DNA of 32,000 bases, taken from Wallemia ichthyophaga EXF-994. Taxonomy: Eukaryota > Fungi > Basidiomycota. Location: positions 180,001-212,000 of the forward strand of contig NW_008806281.1 of assembly GCF_000400465.1 (NCBI RefSeq). Direction: 5' to 3'. Under the pieces are notes generated by a model. It was not told where the DNA came from. It made no database searches and was given only the letters and a program-made list of their open reading frames with translations. Below, in pieces: positions 30,865 to 32,000 of this stretch; position 1 is the stretch's first letter; the number at the start of each line of letters is the position of its first letter. A program made the position numbers and the translations under genes.

Positions 30865-31960
30865 ATGTCAAATCAGGATATTTTAAAAAGTTTAAATTAC
30901 CTCGACAATTTAGATAATTTAGATATAAAGCTATCGAAATTAAATTTAAAATCTTCAACACACTCCCATTTACTCAGTCAGGTGAGGTGTTATCGAGATG
31001 AGCTAGGGAGGTATAAGGAGAGAGTAGATAGCAATTATGACGACATAAGTGTTATCAATGGAAGTATTCAAGCTATCAACACGCAACTCACACGAGCCAT
31101 CGAGCATAACACTCAATTTACCAGCTCAGTCCGTCAATTACTCAATTCCACACACACACTCCAATCCAAGTTGCAATCCACAGAGCAATTCCTCGAAACC
31201 TTCACTCTCCCTCCCCAAGCAGTCCTCTTGCTCAGTTCGAAAGACTACAACATGGATTACCCACTCCTCGACGCGCTAACGCGTCTGAACGACATCCGCC
31301 ACAAAGCCCAATTGCTACACACGCCCACTGGCGACCAATCCACGGCAGCTCTCGACATTCTCCACACATCCTCACCGCTATGTGAAACCGCGTATGTGAA
31401 AATTTGCAAGTATCTCAAACACCAATTCGACATGCACTATGCCAAGAGGGGCGGAGGGGAGGTCATTGTGGAAGGGCTGCACGTTGCGTGTCTGGAGCAC
31501 CTAGCCCAACGTGATGATCTCTACCATGAGGTGCTAGTACATCTGGCCAAACTCCGCAGAATGCTTCTACAATCACAATTCCTTACTGCCCTCGCAAACT
31601 TGGAAAGCAATGAGGATATCATCACCCATCCCGTTCGCTTCGCGGGCGAGTTGCTCGCGTGGCTCCACCAGCATGCGGCTGATGAGAAGGAGTTGATGAG
31701 CGACCTCCTCGCAAAGAAACCCGTCGAGGAAACTCTCTCTAGCGCTCTGTTGGATGTATCGCGGAGGATTAGGGTGGGTTTGCGCACTATACTCAACACG
31801 CTTCGCTAACTCACTCCCCGTCTCTCAGCTTCACCTAACACACGCACTCAGCTTCACTCACCGCTCGGAACAACTCACTGACCTTATTGGCTTCTATAAA
31901 GACACACTCACACAAAGCATACCTGTAGCTAGCATAACCGATCTATTTGCCTATCTTTGA
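30865..31960 (+). CDS. COG6: Conserved oligomeric Golgi complex subunit 6-like, apparently C-terminally shortened, about 346 aa, 2 exons
   Basis: Exons 30865-31773 and 31829-31960; 55-nt intron (GTGGGT, GCTAAC, CAG). Cog6-type motifs FLETFTL, LLDALTRL..IR, AY.KICKYL, HPVRFAGELLAWLHQ.AA.EKE, then L.DLIGFY..T. Stop TGA at 31958-31960. Confidence 0.7.
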
Positions 31961-31968
31961 CATGTCCA

Positions 31969-31981
31969 TGTGTGTGTGTGT
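31969..31981. repeat. (TG)6 microsatellite in the COG6 3' flank
   Basis: TGTGTGTGTGTGT read directly from the sequence. Confidence 0.8.
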
Positions 31982-32000
31982 CTATATGAATGTATAACTA

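Overview
Eukaryotic, very compact fungal chromosome segment, most likely a basidiomycete. Tiny introns, intergenic gaps often under 150 bp and the gene families present suggest a Wallemia-like genome (inference, not verified). I reconstructed 38 GT-AG introns in coding regions by hand, all 43-64 nt, and every complete spliced model closes in frame. Contents in order: RVB1 3' end, coiled-coil hypothetical, ArsB-like transporter, UFD4/TRIP12 HECT ligase, YVC1-like TRP channel, 3-ketoacyl-CoA thiolase head-to-head with carnitine acetyltransferase (57 bp apart), a mosaic CAT pseudogene fragment, an orphan gene, tRNA-Lys(CTT), RPL3, an ankyrin+DysF Upa1-like protein, SEC15, a UBX protein, a GPI mannoprotein, a KHA1-like antiporter, PRE6 head-to-head with a shortened COG6. 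Best leads: (1) a minimal Upa1-like mRNA-transport adaptor that keeps PAM2L/PAM2-like motifs but lacks FYVE and RING; (2) the thiolase/CAT pair with a probable dual-targeted CAT, plus a CAT copy showing a gene-conversion-like tract; (3) a uORF-containing leader intron in RPL3; (4) shared leader motifs in ubiquitin-proteasome genes; (5) a half-length Cog6. No mobile element, CRISPR array or rRNA was seen. All family assignments come from recalled motifs, not database searches.
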